Origin: Pseudomonadota bacterium
GTDB taxonomy: Bacteria > Bdellovibrionota > FAC87 > UBA2466
Assembly: GCA_043767805.1 (NCBI GenBank)
Contig: JAYUGC010000122.1
Span: 1-58,668 of the forward strand
Length of the DNA: 58,668 nt
Direction: 5' to 3'
This document shows, piece after piece, positions 1 to 10,357 of this stretch (position 1 is the first letter of the stretch; each line of letters starts with the position of its first letter). The notes below the pieces were generated by a model that was not told where the DNA came from, did no database searches, and was given only the letters and a program-made list of their open reading frames with translations. A program made the position numbers and the translations under genes.

Positions 1-2
1 GA

Positions 3-506
3 AAGACCACGGCGAGCAGTGCCGAGATGATGGCTTGGTTTGGCGTGCTCTGTGAGAAGTATCCCATCTTGAGCATCGAAGACGGTCTCGACGAGAACGA
101 CTGGGACGGCTGGCGGGATTTGACCGCGAAGTACGGGAAGAAATTGCAACTGGTCGGAGACGATCTCTTTTGCACGCAGACCCAGTTCGTAAAGCGTGGC
201 ATCGAAGAGAAAGCCGCCAACAGCGTTCTCGTTAAGGTGAATCAAGTGGGCTCGCTGACCGAGACCTTTGAGACCATGGCGCTCTGCCGGAAGAACGGCT
301 ACTCGGCCGTCGTCTCGCATCGTTCGGGTGAGACGGAAGACACGACGATTGCGCATCTCGCGGTGGCGAGTGGTTGCGGCCAGATTAAGACCGGATCCGC
401 ATCGCGTTCCGAGCGCACGGCGAAATACAACGAGCTTATGCGCATTTCCGACAATGCGGCCCGGGCGGGTAAGCCCATCGCATTCGCGAAATGGGCGCGC
501 AAGTAG
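3..506 (+). CDS. eno: Enolase, C-terminal part (5' end outside window)
   Basis: [48 protein letters not shown] and [14 protein letters not shown] motifs; frame open to the window edge. Confidence 0.97.
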   Translation, partial: KTTASSAEMMAWFGVLCEKYPILSIEDGLDENDWDGWRDLTAKYGKKLQLVGDDLFCTQTQFVKRGIEEKAANSVLVKVNQVGSLTETFETMALCRKNGYSAVVSHRSGETEDTTIAHLAVASGCGQIKTGSASRSERTAKYNELMRISDNAARAGKPIAFAKWARK

Positions 507-616
507 TCTGTTGCCAAAGTAACAACACCTTCTTCGCGTCCCTGTCTGAGATCATTGATCCAGGGCGCTCCTTTTGGCTAATTAGCTTTCGTAAACGTTT
601 TATTCGGAGGTTCTCA

Positions 617-1039
617 ATGAAGCAGTTTCTAGGTGTTTTGTTTCTTTTGGCTACCGCTCAGGCGAGCGCGGCTCAATACGTCGGTTCGGCGGACAGCGGA
701 GTCGCCAAAGGCTGGCCTCAGAAGAATTCTTTCTATGCTTCCGGTCAGCAAACTCAAGTGTTTCTCGTCTTGAATCGCACTACCATCCATCCCTACACGG
801 GCGAAACCCGGGGTGAAGTGCAGTTCAACGTAGGTTACGGCGAAGGTCACAACGGCGTCGACTTCTACGGCACGTACATTCGCCAAGGTAACCGCTTGTA
901 CTTCTACTTCGACGGTAAGCAGTACCGGGCGGCTCGCGGAGCCAGACTCGTGCAGCGCGGAGCGGACCAGTGTCTCTCGATCGTGATGTCGAACGAGCGT
1001 CCTCCGGTTCTGCTTTGCGAAGGCGCCATCGGCGCTTAA
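617..1039 (+). CDS. Hypothetical secreted protein
   Basis: GGAGG RBS at 606-610, ATG at 617, signal peptide MKQFLGVLFLLATAQASA. Confidence 0.7.
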   Translation: MKQFLGVLFLLATAQASAAQYVGSADSGVAKGWPQKNSFYASGQQTQVFLVLNRTTIHPYTGETRGEVQFNVGYGEGHNGVDFYGTYIRQGNRLYFYFDGKQYRAARGARLVQRGADQCLSIVMSNERPPVLLCEGAIGA

Positions 1040-1042
1040 CGC

Positions 1043-1575
1043 TCAGGCTTCGAAAAAATCCAGGTTCACCGCGACGATCATTTCGTCGGGTGAGTCGGCG
1101 AGCATTCCTTCGCACTGGGAAATATATTTCACGATCGTGGCCTTCAGCGTTTTCGCGTCGGCTTGGCTCATGGAATAGACGCTCGTGAAATTCGTGAGCG
1201 AGCGTGTACACGGCTGAGTAGTGAAGGCTCTCCGAGTGGGGGTATCCAGGCTTTGCATCGCTTTGAGGCGCCAGTTCGTGTGGTGGCGCGCCACGAGCGG
1301 AGACTTGCTCCCTAAGTGAAGCCAGGTGGGCCAATCTCGTACTTGTCTCCTTTCGTTTTCGCCAGTCCATTGGAAGCTAGAAAGGATCCCTTCTGATTCA
1401 TTCCTGGAATGGAAAGCTGCACGTGAATGGCGGCGTAGTACCACGCGCTGTAATGGCGGGCCTGGGCCTCTCGATCGAGTGGGTTAGTCACCTTCAATCG
1501 ATCGGCGATTTCCCGCCGCTTCTGGCGTACGGCTTCCATCTCGCCTTCGTAATACTGCTTCAACCGCCCGTTATA
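1043..1575 (-). pseudogene. Fragmented TIGR02147/DUF4423-like protein, N-terminus missing, frameshifted
   Basis: Family-like blocks HYSAWYYAAIH, HLGSKSPLVARHHTNWRLKA, LHYSAVYTL and C-terminal NLDFF are spread over different frames. Confidence 0.65.
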
Positions 1576-1734
1576 CGACAGCAAGGAAGTCTACGAGCTC
1601 GGCGTGAAAGCGCTCGAAGTAGGTAAGGCGGGGCTCCCCGCTCTGAAGCCGGACTTCGAACGTCTCGGCATGAAGCTTCCCTAGCCCATCTTTGAGAGGC
1701 GCCGCTTTCCGCAACGGAGGCGGGCGCTTTCTTT

Positions 1735-2043
1735 TTACAGACGTCCCGTGGCCATCCAATAGAGCATGCGGAAGTCCGAGAGGACGGACCAGAACGGGTA
1801 CTGAAACGTCGCCGGGCGATTGCCCTCTATAAAGTAATGGCTGTACCAAGCAAATCCGTAGGCCGGCAGGAGGGCGACGGGAGTCCAAAGGGGATGTCCG
1901 CTAAGCCAAACCGTGGCGCCTAGCGCTAAACCGAAACCCGTCCCCGCGGCGTGCCAGTTGCGCGTCGCTCGCTTCTTGTGCTCCTTCAGGTAGAACGGCC
2001 AGAACTCAGTGTAGGTCTGAATCCTCGGCTTCGGGGGTAGCAT
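1735..2043 (-). CDS. DUF962/Mpo1-like small membrane protein
   Basis: FWPFYLKEH...H..GT and YGFAWYSHYFIEGNRPATFQYP.WS..SDFRM motifs. Confidence 0.85.
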   Translation of the reverse strand: MLPPKPRIQTYTEFWPFYLKEHKKRATRNWHAAGTGFGLALGATVWLSGHPLWTPVALLPAYGFAWYSHYFIEGNRPATFQYPFWSVLSDFRMLYWMATGRL

Positions 2044-2761
2044 CTTCTTCTTCCTCTTCCTTCGGAGTCTGAGCGGGAACTACCGGAGGCACGAGCTTTT
2101 CCAAAACGACGAGTCGTCGGTCGTAGGTGGTACCCGGCAGCTGGTAGGCTTTATCCAGCTTAACCCGGAATTGCTTCGGAAACCGTTTCTTGATTTCTTC
2201 GAGCTCCGGATCGACTCCGGGGCCTTTCATGAAAATTAACAAACCGCCTTCGCCGAGACAGGCGGAGGTGCGCATGCACGTCTTGTCCATGGTCTCTACC
2301 GCGCGGGTGATGATGGCCGGAACCCGGCGCTGGAAGCTACGGCTCACGATCTTGCGATCGAAAATCTCCCAGTTCTGGAGCTTGATCTTCCTGCAGGCTT
2401 CCCTGAGGAAAACGATCCGCTTCGGGCGCGGCTCGCCCAGAATGATGTGTAAATGCGGATAACGGATCTTCAAAGGGATGCCCGGAAAGCCCGGACCCGT
2501 GCCGATGTCCAAAAGAGGCGACGGCATGGGGAAGTACTGCCCGATGATCATGCAATCGATATAATGTTTCGTGACGATGCTATCGAAGCCGATGAGACGG
2601 GTGAGCTCCCTGTCTTGATTTCGCTCTCTCATCAAATTATGGTACGTCCACAGCTGCTCGAGCTGGCCCGAGCTGAGGATGATCCCAGCCTTCTTGAGCC
2701 TCTTTTCCAGCCCTTCTTTCGTCGGGCGTTCAGGAGTCGATTTTTGATAATGACGAGCCAT
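2006..2761 (-). CDS. rsmG: 16S rRNA m7G527 methyltransferase RsmG (GidB)
   Basis: KHYIDC, LLDIGTGPGFPGIPLKI, ITRAV and IFMKG motifs. Confidence 0.9.
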   Translation of the reverse strand: MARHYQKSTPERPTKEGLEKRLKKAGIILSSGQLEQLWTYHNLMRERNQDRELTRLIGFDSIVTKHYIDCMIIGQYFPMPSPLLDIGTGPGFPGIPLKIRYPHLHIILGEPRPKRIVFLREACRKIKLQNWEIFDRKIVSRSFQRRVPAIITRAVETMDKTCMRTSACLGEGGLLIFMKGPGVDPELEEIKKRFPKQFRVKLDKAYQLPGTTYDRRLVVLEKLVPPVVPAQTPKEEEEEDATPEAEDSDLH

Positions 2762-2772
2762 ATGGGGTTGCT

Positions 2773-3441
2773 TTGAGCGGCGTCACCGTACTCCATGAGG
2801 ATAATCATGTCATCGCGGTTTTTAAGCCGGCGGGGCTGCTTACCCAAGGGGACGCATCGGGCGATCCGTGCCTGCTCGACCTCACCAAGGCGTACTTGAA
2901 AGCGAAGTACGATAAGCCCGGGAATGTCTTTTTAGGTCTCGTTCATCGGCTGGACCGGCCGGTCGCGGGAGTCGTGGTTTTCGGCCGCACCTCAAAAGCG
3001 GCAAGCCGTCTCTCGGAACAGATCCGGGGCCGTTCGGTAGATAAGATTTACCGCGCCTGGGTAGAAGGGGAGCCCAAGCCCGCCGAGGGGCGTCTGACCC
3101 ATCACCTCGTTCAGGGCGAGAAAAAAGTTCTCGTTTTCGACGAGCCTAGGCCGGGAACCAAGCCCGCGACCCTCGATTATAAACGGCTTGCGGCGAAGGA
3201 TGGGATTACGCTTCTCGAAGTCCGATTACTGACGGGGCGCAAACACCAGATCCGCGCGCAGCTTGCCGCCATCGGCACTCCGATCTTGGGCGACGCCAAA
3301 TACGGCGCCACTCGCAAGGACGGGGAGCCGGGCATTGGGTTAGTTGCTTACTCTCTCAGCTTCGATCACCCCACGCGCGAAGAGCGGATTGAAGTGCGCG
3401 CCCCGGAAAGCGCACTGGAGCGCGCGGGGCTAAAAGCGTGA
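2773..3441 (+). CDS. RluA-family RNA pseudouridine synthase
   Basis: KPAGLL, VHRLDRPVAG (catalytic Asp), TGRKHQIRAQL and PILGDAKYG. Confidence 0.92.
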   Translation: MSGVTVLHEDNHVIAVFKPAGLLTQGDASGDPCLLDLTKAYLKAKYDKPGNVFLGLVHRLDRPVAGVVVFGRTSKAASRLSEQIRGRSVDKIYRAWVEGEPKPAEGRLTHHLVQGEKKVLVFDEPRPGTKPATLDYKRLAAKDGITLLEVRLLTGRKHQIRAQLAAIGTPILGDAKYGATRKDGEPGIGLVAYSLSFDHPTREERIEVRAPESALERAGLKA

Positions 3442-4415
3442 AGGCAAAGGACGCCTTTCAAGCGGCGCTCAGTTTTCGCGAGCCGTCTCTGAAGGAGCTC
3501 GCGGGCCAGGAGACCGACGCTTACCGTCTCTTTTGCGGAGACGGCGAAGGCATTAACGGCCTGAAGGCGGATCGCATGGGGCCTTGCGCGTTTCTGTATC
3601 GGCTCGAAGCGCGCTGCTCGCTTTCCTTATCCGAATTAGAGACGCTCGCTCGGCTTTGCCTCGGTCTGCCGGGCGTTAAGGCGGTCTATCTAAAAGATTT
3701 CGCAACGGATCGATCGAAGGCGGCAAAAGAAACGGGCAACAAAGATCCAAAGCCTTTGCTGGGTGAGCCCCAAGCCGAAGAGCTCGAGATTCGCGAGAAC
3801 GGACACAAATTTCTCGTCCGCCCCTACGACGGTTTCTCGACGGGAATTTTTCTCGATCAACGCGATAACCGCAAAGCCCTCGCCATAGACGCGTGCGGCC
3901 TTCGGGCGTTGAATCTCTTTTCCTATACCTGCGGTTTTTCCGTTTACCTCGCAAAAGCTGGTGCTCAGGTCACCAGCGTCGATTTGTCCCCGCGTTATCT
4001 CGATTGGGGAAAGCGCAACTTCACGGTGAACGGCCTCGAAGCCCACGATCACGAGTTTTTCGCAGCCGATTCCTTTCAGTTTTTAAAAGGCGCGAAAAAA
4101 CGCGGGCGCACTTTTGATTTAGTCGTCTTGGATCCGCCGAGCTTCTCCAGAGATCGCAAGGGCGGCGTCTTTTCCATCGCGAAAGACGCGCGCAAGCTCG
4201 CGGAGGCCGCTTCGGAAGTGGTCGCGCCGGGAGGCCGGCTCTTTTTCTCGACGAACTACGAGCAATGGACCCGGGACGAATTTCTCCGCCAGAGCGGGCT
4301 CGGCTCTCTAGGCATAGCTTTGCCGATGCCGTCCATCCCGAAGGATTTCGAACGGCAAAGTCAGCCCCTCTTATACGGAGCGGTTAAGATCCTGACGGCC
4401 GGAACCGCAGGATAA
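3438..4415 (+). CDS. Class I SAM-dependent rRNA methyltransferase (RlmI/RlmK-like)
   Basis: TGIFLDQRDNR, LNLFSYTCGFS, VDLS and FDLVVLDPPSF. Confidence 0.88.
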   Translation: MKAKDAFQAALSFREPSLKELAGQETDAYRLFCGDGEGINGLKADRMGPCAFLYRLEARCSLSLSELETLARLCLGLPGVKAVYLKDFATDRSKAAKETGNKDPKPLLGEPQAEELEIRENGHKFLVRPYDGFSTGIFLDQRDNRKALAIDACGLRALNLFSYTCGFSVYLAKAGAQVTSVDLSPRYLDWGKRNFTVNGLEAHDHEFFAADSFQFLKGAKKRGRTFDLVVLDPPSFSRDRKGGVFSIAKDARKLAEAASEVVAPGGRLFFSTNYEQWTRDEFLRQSGLGSLGIALPMPSIPKDFERQSQPLLYGAVKILTAGTAG

Positions 4416-4440
4416 TTTTTGACGGCTTTCGCCGCAAAAA
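4416..4440. terminator. Probable bidirectional intrinsic terminator between convergent genes
   Basis: TTTTTG(A)CGGC-TTTC-GCCGCAAAAA hairpin with T and A tails, filling the gap between two stop codons. Confidence 0.5.
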
Positions 4441-5115
4441 TTACTTGGTGAGCGTGCGTTCCGTGGGAACCTTGCGCTTCACGGCCGCCTGAATGTAGAC
4501 GACGCCGCGCTTGCCACCGGGGACGCCGCCGCGCAGGAGCAAGAGGTTCTCGTCGGCCTTCACTTCGTGAACGAGGACGTTCTGCACGGTGATATTGTCC
4601 GTACCCATGTGTCCGGGCATCTTCTTGCCCTTGAACACGCGGCCCGGATAGGTGTGCATACCGATGGATCCGACGTGACGGAAGTACTTGGAGGTTCCGT
4701 GACCCGCATCTTTACCGGCGAAATTGTGGCGCTTCATCGGGCCCTGGAAGCCTTTACCTTTGCTGATGCCCTTGACGTCGACCCGGTCGCCCTTTTCGAA
4801 CATGGACGCGGCAAGCGTCGCACCGAGGGTGAGGGGGGCCGCTTCGTCTTTGTCGTCGAGGCGAACTTCGTGAAGCTCGGCCTTCGCGGGAGAGTTGGCT
4901 TTCTTGAAATGGCCAGCTTTCGCTTTGTTCACGTTCTGAGGCTTTTTCTCACCGATTCCGAGCTGGACCGCGACGTAACCGTCTTTGTCCTTCGTTTTGA
5001 TCTGGGTGACGGTGCAACCAGTGGTGTCGACCACGGTGACCGCGATCAGGTTGCCTTTTTCGTCGAATACTTGGGTCATGCCGACCTTGCGGCCGAGAAT
5101 CGTGTGGTTCTTCAT
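4441..5115 (-). CDS. rplC: 50S ribosomal protein L3
   Basis: ILGRKVGMTQVF, DGYVAVQLG, SKGKGFQG.MKRHNF, PGRVFKGKKMPGHMG and GGVPG. Confidence 0.98.
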   Translation of the reverse strand: MKNHTILGRKVGMTQVFDEKGNLIAVTVVDTTGCTVTQIKTKDKDGYVAVQLGIGEKKPQNVNKAKAGHFKKANSPAKAELHEVRLDDKDEAAPLTLGATLAASMFEKGDRVDVKGISKGKGFQGPMKRHNFAGKDAGHGTSKYFRHVGSIGMHTYPGRVFKGKKMPGHMGTDNITVQNVLVHEVKADENLLLLRGGVPGGKRGVVYIQAAVKRKVPTERTLTK

Positions 5116-5346
5116 GGAAGGGCCTCTTTGAACTGCTACGGGAAGTCATCCGGCCCGCGGATACCGCGAGAAGGAACTTAACCCACCTACAAGAACTGAA
5201 GTGTATAGCGTGGCGTCACCCGGAGGGGCAAGGGGCATTTTCCGGGCGTCTCAAAATTAACAAAAATTAACGTAAAGCGTCGAAGTACCTGATTTGCCTT
5301 TGGCTTTTCGGGCCTCCCGGGAGACCAATGCCGTACAGGGGCGGGG

Positions 5347-7524
5347 GTGTTTATGGGTTTAAGGGGTTACTGGGGTCTTGTCCTGTTCCTCATGGGGGCC
5401 GACTCGGCTTTCGGAATCGGCTTCCGCGCCGAGATTGGGGTTCCTCCCGAAATCGAAGTGCCCTCCCGGGCCGGTTACAGCCGGGCACCCGCCGTCTTCG
5501 AGACTTTCAAATTATCCATCCCCAAATGGGAAGACGTCGCGGGCGGAAAGGGCGTCGTCACCTTCGAGGGCGCCAGCTCCTTTTCTGCCGAGGGCCTTCC
5601 CCAGCTACCGGTGGTGGTAAAAAAATTCGCGCTGCCCGTGGGCAACGCTCCCCAGGTATCTTTGAGTGATTTGGTGCTCGAGCGCTCCGAAGCCGTCCCT
5701 CAAATCGAAAAAGTCGCGGAAGCTTACGTTTGGGGCCCCCAAGAGCTGAAGTTCGTGACCCCGGCCCGTGGCCGCTATTACCCCGGTAAGTTCGTGGAAT
5801 CAAAAGTGGTGGGGAGCGAAGTTTGGGTTTCTCTCTATCCGGTGCAGTTCGATCGGCAGACGGGAGAGCTCGTTTCCCTTCGCAGTGCTTCCTTGGCTCT
5901 CGATTTCGTGACCCAACGAAGCGTGTTTCTCGTTCCTTCGCAAAAAGGACCGGAAGCTTTGATAGTAACCTCGCGGGCAATGAAAGACGCCGCCGAGAGG
6001 CTCAAACAGTTTCACTCTGATCTCTATGGAGTCGATAGCGGCATCCTCTACGTGGAATCGCTCACGAACGAGCCCATGGTGGCCGAGAGCGAACTGCCGG
6101 ACGGCTACAAGGACAAAGACACGGTGGTCGGCATCACCCTTTACGACGCCGTTAAAAAAACGGGCTACGACTACGATTTGTCTCGTCGCCTCGTGCACTA
6201 CATGAATCGGCAAATGGCGGACGGCAAAGCGCTCCGCTACGTTACCATTCTGGGCGACGCGACCGTCGTCCCGCCGAGCTACTATTTTTCCATTCGCTCT
6301 CTCTTCGGCCCTTCGTTCGGCGTGACGGATGCCTGTTACGGCGCGACCGATGCCTGTCTCGCGCCGAAACTCGCCGTCGGCCGCTTGCCGTTTAACGGAA
6401 AGAGCGACTTGGACAATTACCTTTCGAAACTCGAGACATGGCTCGACTCGGGCGATGAGCCAGGCCCCGAGCTCGCCCTCTACGGCGGAAAAGCGTTTCG
6501 CGGGTACCAGTACGTGGGAGAGCTCGGCGCGCTTCGCCTGCTCTCCGCCGAAACGGTGAACTGGAACGGCGTCGAGAAGCATTTTCGCACCAACGGATCG
6601 TTTTCCAAGGCGCAATCCTTGCGCCTCGTGGGAGGCGATCAGCGGGCGAAGGTCGCCTATTACCTCGATCACGGCCGAGGCAACGAATGGTACGTCGAAA
6701 AGGAATTCGTTTCGGCCAAAGAAGCCCTGGACGCGCAGCCTGCCCCGGGAAGAATCAATCCGTTTCTGGTCTCCATTTCGTGCACGAACGGCGCGTACGA
6801 TCGCTCGCTTGTCGACGGCAGCCAGTTCGGCCCGCCTTCTTCGGGCGATGAGTCGGTCGGCATGGCGATGCTCAAATCAAAAGCGGGAGTCGTCGGTTAT
6901 CTGGGCGCCGCGCGCCCTGCTTTAGGCAATCCGCTCTACAAGCTCGATCCTTCCGGCAACCTGACTTTGACGGGAAGTACGTACGGCCTTCAGCTGATGG
7001 ATACGTTTCTTCAGCGCTACCACGACCAGATCGAAGGCCGGGTAGGGGACTTAATGCTCTATTCCCTGCAACGGTATGTCGCCGCCGCCGGCAACGACAT
7101 GTCGGATGAGTCCCATATCTGGACGGTTTTGAATCTCGTTCTCTTGGGCGATCCGCTCGCGCCGATGTTGCCTCGCCGGCATTTCGGCAACTCGGTGGAA
7201 GCGACTAAGCTCGCGACTCCCTTTCCGCGGCCCGCGGTGGGAAGCGCGATGCCGTTCTTCGATCTCGGCACGGATGCGCTTCAGAAGTTCTCGCTGGTCT
7301 TCGCGGGCGGGCAAGACGTGAAGGCGACGCTCCTGAAAGTCGATCGCATGCGCGACAAGGAAACGCTCGTGGCCGAGCATCAGGTTAGCGCCGCGCAATC
7401 GACGTGGAATTGGGAAGTGCCCGCGGCGGATGCCACCGGAGTGTATCTCCTGAAGCTAGAGAACAAGAAGGGCGTGCCTTTGGAACGGCAAGCCTGGTTC
7501 GGGGTTTCTACTCCCCTATTTTGA
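5347..7524 (+). CDS. Peptidase C25 (gingipain-like) cysteine protease with propeptide
   Basis: Signal peptide, propeptide GLPQLPV..., ILGDATVVP, AVGRLP, catalytic-type DHG and SC, LLGDP. Confidence 0.8.
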   Translation: MFMGLRGYWGLVLFLMGADSAFGIGFRAEIGVPPEIEVPSRAGYSRAPAVFETFKLSIPKWEDVAGGKGVVTFEGASSFSAEGLPQLPVVVKKFALPVGNAPQVSLSDLVLERSEAVPQIEKVAEAYVWGPQELKFVTPARGRYYPGKFVESKVVGSEVWVSLYPVQFDRQTGELVSLRSASLALDFVTQRSVFLVPSQKGPEALIVTSRAMKDAAERLKQFHSDLYGVDSGILYVESLTNEPMVAESELPDGYKDKDTVVGITLYDAVKKTGYDYDLSRRLVHYMNRQMADGKALRYVTILGDATVVPPSYYFSIRSLFGPSFGVTDACYGATDACLAPKLAVGRLPFNGKSDLDNYLSKLETWLDSGDEPGPELALYGGKAFRGYQYVGELGALRLLSAETVNWNGVEKHFRTNGSFSKAQSLRLVGGDQRAKVAYYLDHGRGNEWYVEKEFVSAKEALDAQPAPGRINPFLVSISCTNGAYDRSLVDGSQFGPPSSGDESVGMAMLKSKAGVVGYLGAARPALGNPLYKLDPSGNLTLTGSTYGLQLMDTFLQRYHDQIEGRVGDLMLYSLQRYVAAAGNDMSDESHIWTVLNLVLLGDPLAPMLPRRHFGNSVEATKLATPFPRPAVGSAMPFFDLGTDALQKFSLVFAGGQDVKATLLKVDRMRDKETLVAEHQVSAAQSTWNWEVPAADATGVYLLKLENKKGVPLERQAWFGVSTPLF

Positions 7525-7888
7525 CGTTGCGAGAGAGGCGCTCCAGGAACTCGCGATCGGACTCGCCTTCCTCTTGCTCCAGGTCCACTTCGCTCATCGC
7601 TTCTCTGAACTTCTCTTCGCTCTCGAGAGATTCTTTCAGCTTGTCCAGGTACTCGCCCGGGTACTTCTTCATCAGGCGGTCGATGTAAGAGTTGAGGCGC
7701 TTCTCGGCTTTGTCCTTTTGATCGGACTTCAGCTCGCGCCAGTTGCGAAGGTAGTGAAGCCGGCAATAGCCTTCCGTCGCGGCCGGAGCCTTACAACGGC
7801 TTTCGGCGCAGATCTTCGTCTTGGACGTGGTGGGCTTCGCAGGGGTTGCGGATTTTGCCTTGGTCTCTGCTTTTGGCTTCTTCGGCAT
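7508..7888 (-). CDS. Hypothetical protein with Cys/His Zn-finger-like motif and acidic C-terminus
   Basis: CAESRC...YCRLHY; GGAG RBS upstream; sigma28-like promoter upstream. Confidence 0.7.
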   Translation of the reverse strand: MPKKPKAETKAKSATPAKPTTSKTKICAESRCKAPAATEGYCRLHYLRNWRELKSDQKDKAEKRLNSYIDRLMKKYPGEYLDKLKESLESEEKFREAMSEVDLEQEEGESDREFLERLSRNVKIGE

Positions 7889-7929
7889 GGGGTCGTGCTC
7901 CAGTGAGCGGCGAATTAGCGCCTACCCCT

Positions 7930-7957
7930 CTATCGGCAGAAACCAAGGGAAGATTAA
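7930..7957 (-). promoter_or_regulatory. Sigma28 (FliA)-like promoter
   Basis: TTAA-N16-GCCGATAG on the minus strand, ~40 bp before ATG 7888. Confidence 0.5.
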
Positions 7958-7958
7958 A

Positions 7959-8747
7959 TCAGGCCGCTTGGGCGGGCGCCGTGGCTACGACGCGGAGCTT
8001 AAAGAGGCTCAATCTTAGATGTACCAGCTCCAGCGCCGTATGCATCAGAGATCCGAAGAGGGACCAAAGAGAAGCTCTGCGGCGTAGGCCTCCGGGGAAG
8101 CGGAAGGGGACCGCGATTTCACCCACTGCCTTAGGATTCTCGGCATGGGCAAGGAGAGTCATGCCCAAGTTCACCTGGCCGAAGCCGCGAGGCAGGTGCG
8201 CTAGCTGGGAGGTCAAGCAAGGCCGGGAAATGAGGCGAAAGGCAACCTGGGGCTCTCGCCACTCCGCTCCAAAAAGGAACTTCACCATCTCGTGGACGGC
8301 TTTGCCGTGAAGGCGTGTGAGCCAGCCTTCCAATGGCCGAGTCCGCTGAGCGATGAGCAGGCCGTTCTGATTGCGGCGCTCCCAGAAAGGAACGAAGTCG
8401 CTTGGATCGAAACGGCTGTTGGACTCGGTCTGCAAAATATGAGCGCCGCGCGAATCTTCGTAGGCCCGGCGGATGGCGGCTTCACTGCCGCCGTTTAGCT
8501 GATGGATCACCCGAAGCGCTGGGATTTCCTTGCGGAGACGATCCAGGATGCGGCCCGTGCCGTCGGTCGAGCCGTCGTTGACGACAATGATCTCGTAATG
8601 GCCGTACTCTTCGCCGAGCGAGTCGGCCCAAGCGCGGAGCGTCTCCTCGATTTGATCCGCCTCGTTATAACAAGGCATGACGATAGAGAGGGCCACAGGG
8701 GCTCGGTTTCGGCGTTCCGCGGGAGTCGGCAAAGTGTCGGTGGTCAT
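7959..8747 (-). CDS. Glycosyltransferase family 2 (DPM1-like)
   Basis: LSIVMPCYNE and IIVVNDGSTDGT; the DxD position reads TESNS. Confidence 0.85.
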   Translation of the reverse strand: MTTDTLPTPAERRNRAPVALSIVMPCYNEADQIEETLRAWADSLGEEYGHYEIIVVNDGSTDGTGRILDRLRKEIPALRVIHQLNGGSEAAIRRAYEDSRGAHILQTESNSRFDPSDFVPFWERRNQNGLLIAQRTRPLEGWLTRLHGKAVHEMVKFLFGAEWREPQVAFRLISRPCLTSQLAHLPRGFGQVNLGMTLLAHAENPKAVGEIAVPFRFPGGLRRRASLWSLFGSLMHTALELVHLRLSLFKLRVVATAPAQAA

Positions 8748-8833
8748 GAAGGCTCTTAGAGAGACCTAGTATAACCGAAAGACCGTCCGAATTTCACGGC
8801 TTTGCGTGTGAAAATCGTCATCGGGACGCGGTC

Positions 8834-8863
8834 TTGACCCCCAAGGCCCTTTGAGGCTATAAG
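8834..8863 (+). promoter_or_regulatory. Sigma70-like promoter of the guaB operon
   Basis: TTGACC-N18-TATAAG, ~20 bp upstream of guaB. Confidence 0.55.
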
Positions 8864-8884
8864 ACGGCAACTTCGGAAGGATCA

Positions 8885-10357
8885 ATGCCCGAAAAGTCGC
8901 CACTCCGAGAAACCCTTACTTTCGACGATGTCCTACTGGTTCCCCGGTACTCCGAGGTCACGCCTCCTGAGGTGAACCTCGAATCGTGGATAGCTCCTCA
9001 GCTGGGCATGAAAATTCCCATCCTTTCCAGCGCCATGGACAAGGTGACGGAAGCCCGTACGGCCATCGCTCTAGCTAGAGCCGGCGGAGCCGGCGTCATT
9101 CACAGAAATCTTACGCCCGAGGCGCAAGCGCTCGAAGTCGAGAAGGTGAAAAAGAGCGAGAGCGGCATGATCGTCGATCCGGTGACCATGCGCCCGGAGC
9201 AAACGGTCGGCGAAGCGAAGGCCCAGCTGGAGAAGTTCGGTATTTCCGGTCTGCCCATCCTGGACGCGCAGAACCGGCTCATCGGCCTGGTGACGAACCG
9301 CGATTTGCGCTTTGAAGAGAATTTGAATCGGACGATGTCGGAGATCATGACGCCGGCGGCGAAGCTCGTGACCGTGAAAGAAAACACCACCATGGAAGAG
9401 GCAAAACGCCTCATGCACAAGCACCGCATCGAGAAGCTCCCGGTCGTCGACGGTCAGGGCAATCTCAAAGGGTTGATGACCACGAAGGACATCGAAAAGA
9501 ATATTTCTTATCCGCTCGCCAATCGTGATTCCAAAGGCCGCCTTCGGGTGGGCGCCGCGGTTGGAACGGGCAAGGACACCTACACGCGCGTCGAAGCTTT
9601 GTTCGAGGCGGATGTCGATTTCGTGACGGTGGATACCGCGCACGGCGATTCGAAGAACGTCATCACCGTCGTGAAATGGATCAAGCAGAAGTTTCCGGGG
9701 CTCACGGTCATCGCGGGCAACGTCGCGACGGCCGAAGGCGCGCAGCACCTCTATGAAGCGGGCGCGGACGCCGTTAAAGTCGGCATGGGCGCCGGCTCCA
9801 TTTGCACGACTCGCATCGTGGCGGGCATCGGCATTCCGCAATTCTCGGCCATCATGGACTGCGCTCCGGTCGCCAAAAAATTCAACCGCATGCTCATTGC
9901 CGACGGCGGCATCAAGTACTCGGGCGACGTCGTGAAAGCGCTCGCCGCGGGAGCTCACTGCGTGATGATCGGCGGGCTTTTCGCCGGTACCGACGAAGCG
10001 CCGGGCGAAGTGGTTTTCTATCAAGGCCGCACCTATAAATCGTATCGTGGCATGGGCTCCATCGAAGCGATGCGCGAAGGAAGCCGCGATCGTTACGGCC
10101 AGGACAAAGTCGCTTCCGACGAGCTCGTACCGGAAGGCATCGAAGGCATGGTGCCCCATCGCGGCGAGCTTTCCCAAGTGCTCCTCCAGTTAGTCGGCGG
10201 AGTGAAAGCCGGTCTCGGGTACCTCGGGTGCCGCAATCTTGGAGAGCTTCGCGAGAACGCGCAGTTCGTACGCATTACCAACCAGGGCCTTAAAGAGTCC
10301 CACGTGCATGACGTTTTTGTGACTAACGAGGCCCCGAACTATCGACCAAACTCATGA
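8885..10357 (+). CDS. guaB: IMP dehydrogenase
   Basis: [12 protein letters not shown] pair, [11 protein letters not shown] catalytic loop, YRGMGS and PEGIEG. Confidence 0.98.
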   Translation: MPEKSPLRETLTFDDVLLVPRYSEVTPPEVNLESWIAPQLGMKIPILSSAMDKVTEARTAIALARAGGAGVIHRNLTPEAQALEVEKVKKSESGMIVDPVTMRPEQTVGEAKAQLEKFGISGLPILDAQNRLIGLVTNRDLRFEENLNRTMSEIMTPAAKLVTVKENTTMEEAKRLMHKHRIEKLPVVDGQGNLKGLMTTKDIEKNISYPLANRDSKGRLRVGAAVGTGKDTYTRVEALFEADVDFVTVDTAHGDSKNVITVVKWIKQKFPGLTVIAGNVATAEGAQHLYEAGADAVKVGMGAGSICTTRIVAGIGIPQFSAIMDCAPVAKKFNRMLIADGGIKYSGDVVKALAAGAHCVMIGGLFAGTDEAPGEVVFYQGRTYKSYRGMGSIEAMREGSRDRYGQDKVASDELVPEGIEGMVPHRGELSQVLLQLVGGVKAGLGYLGCRNLGELRENAQFVRITNQGLKESHVHDVFVTNEAPNYRPNS

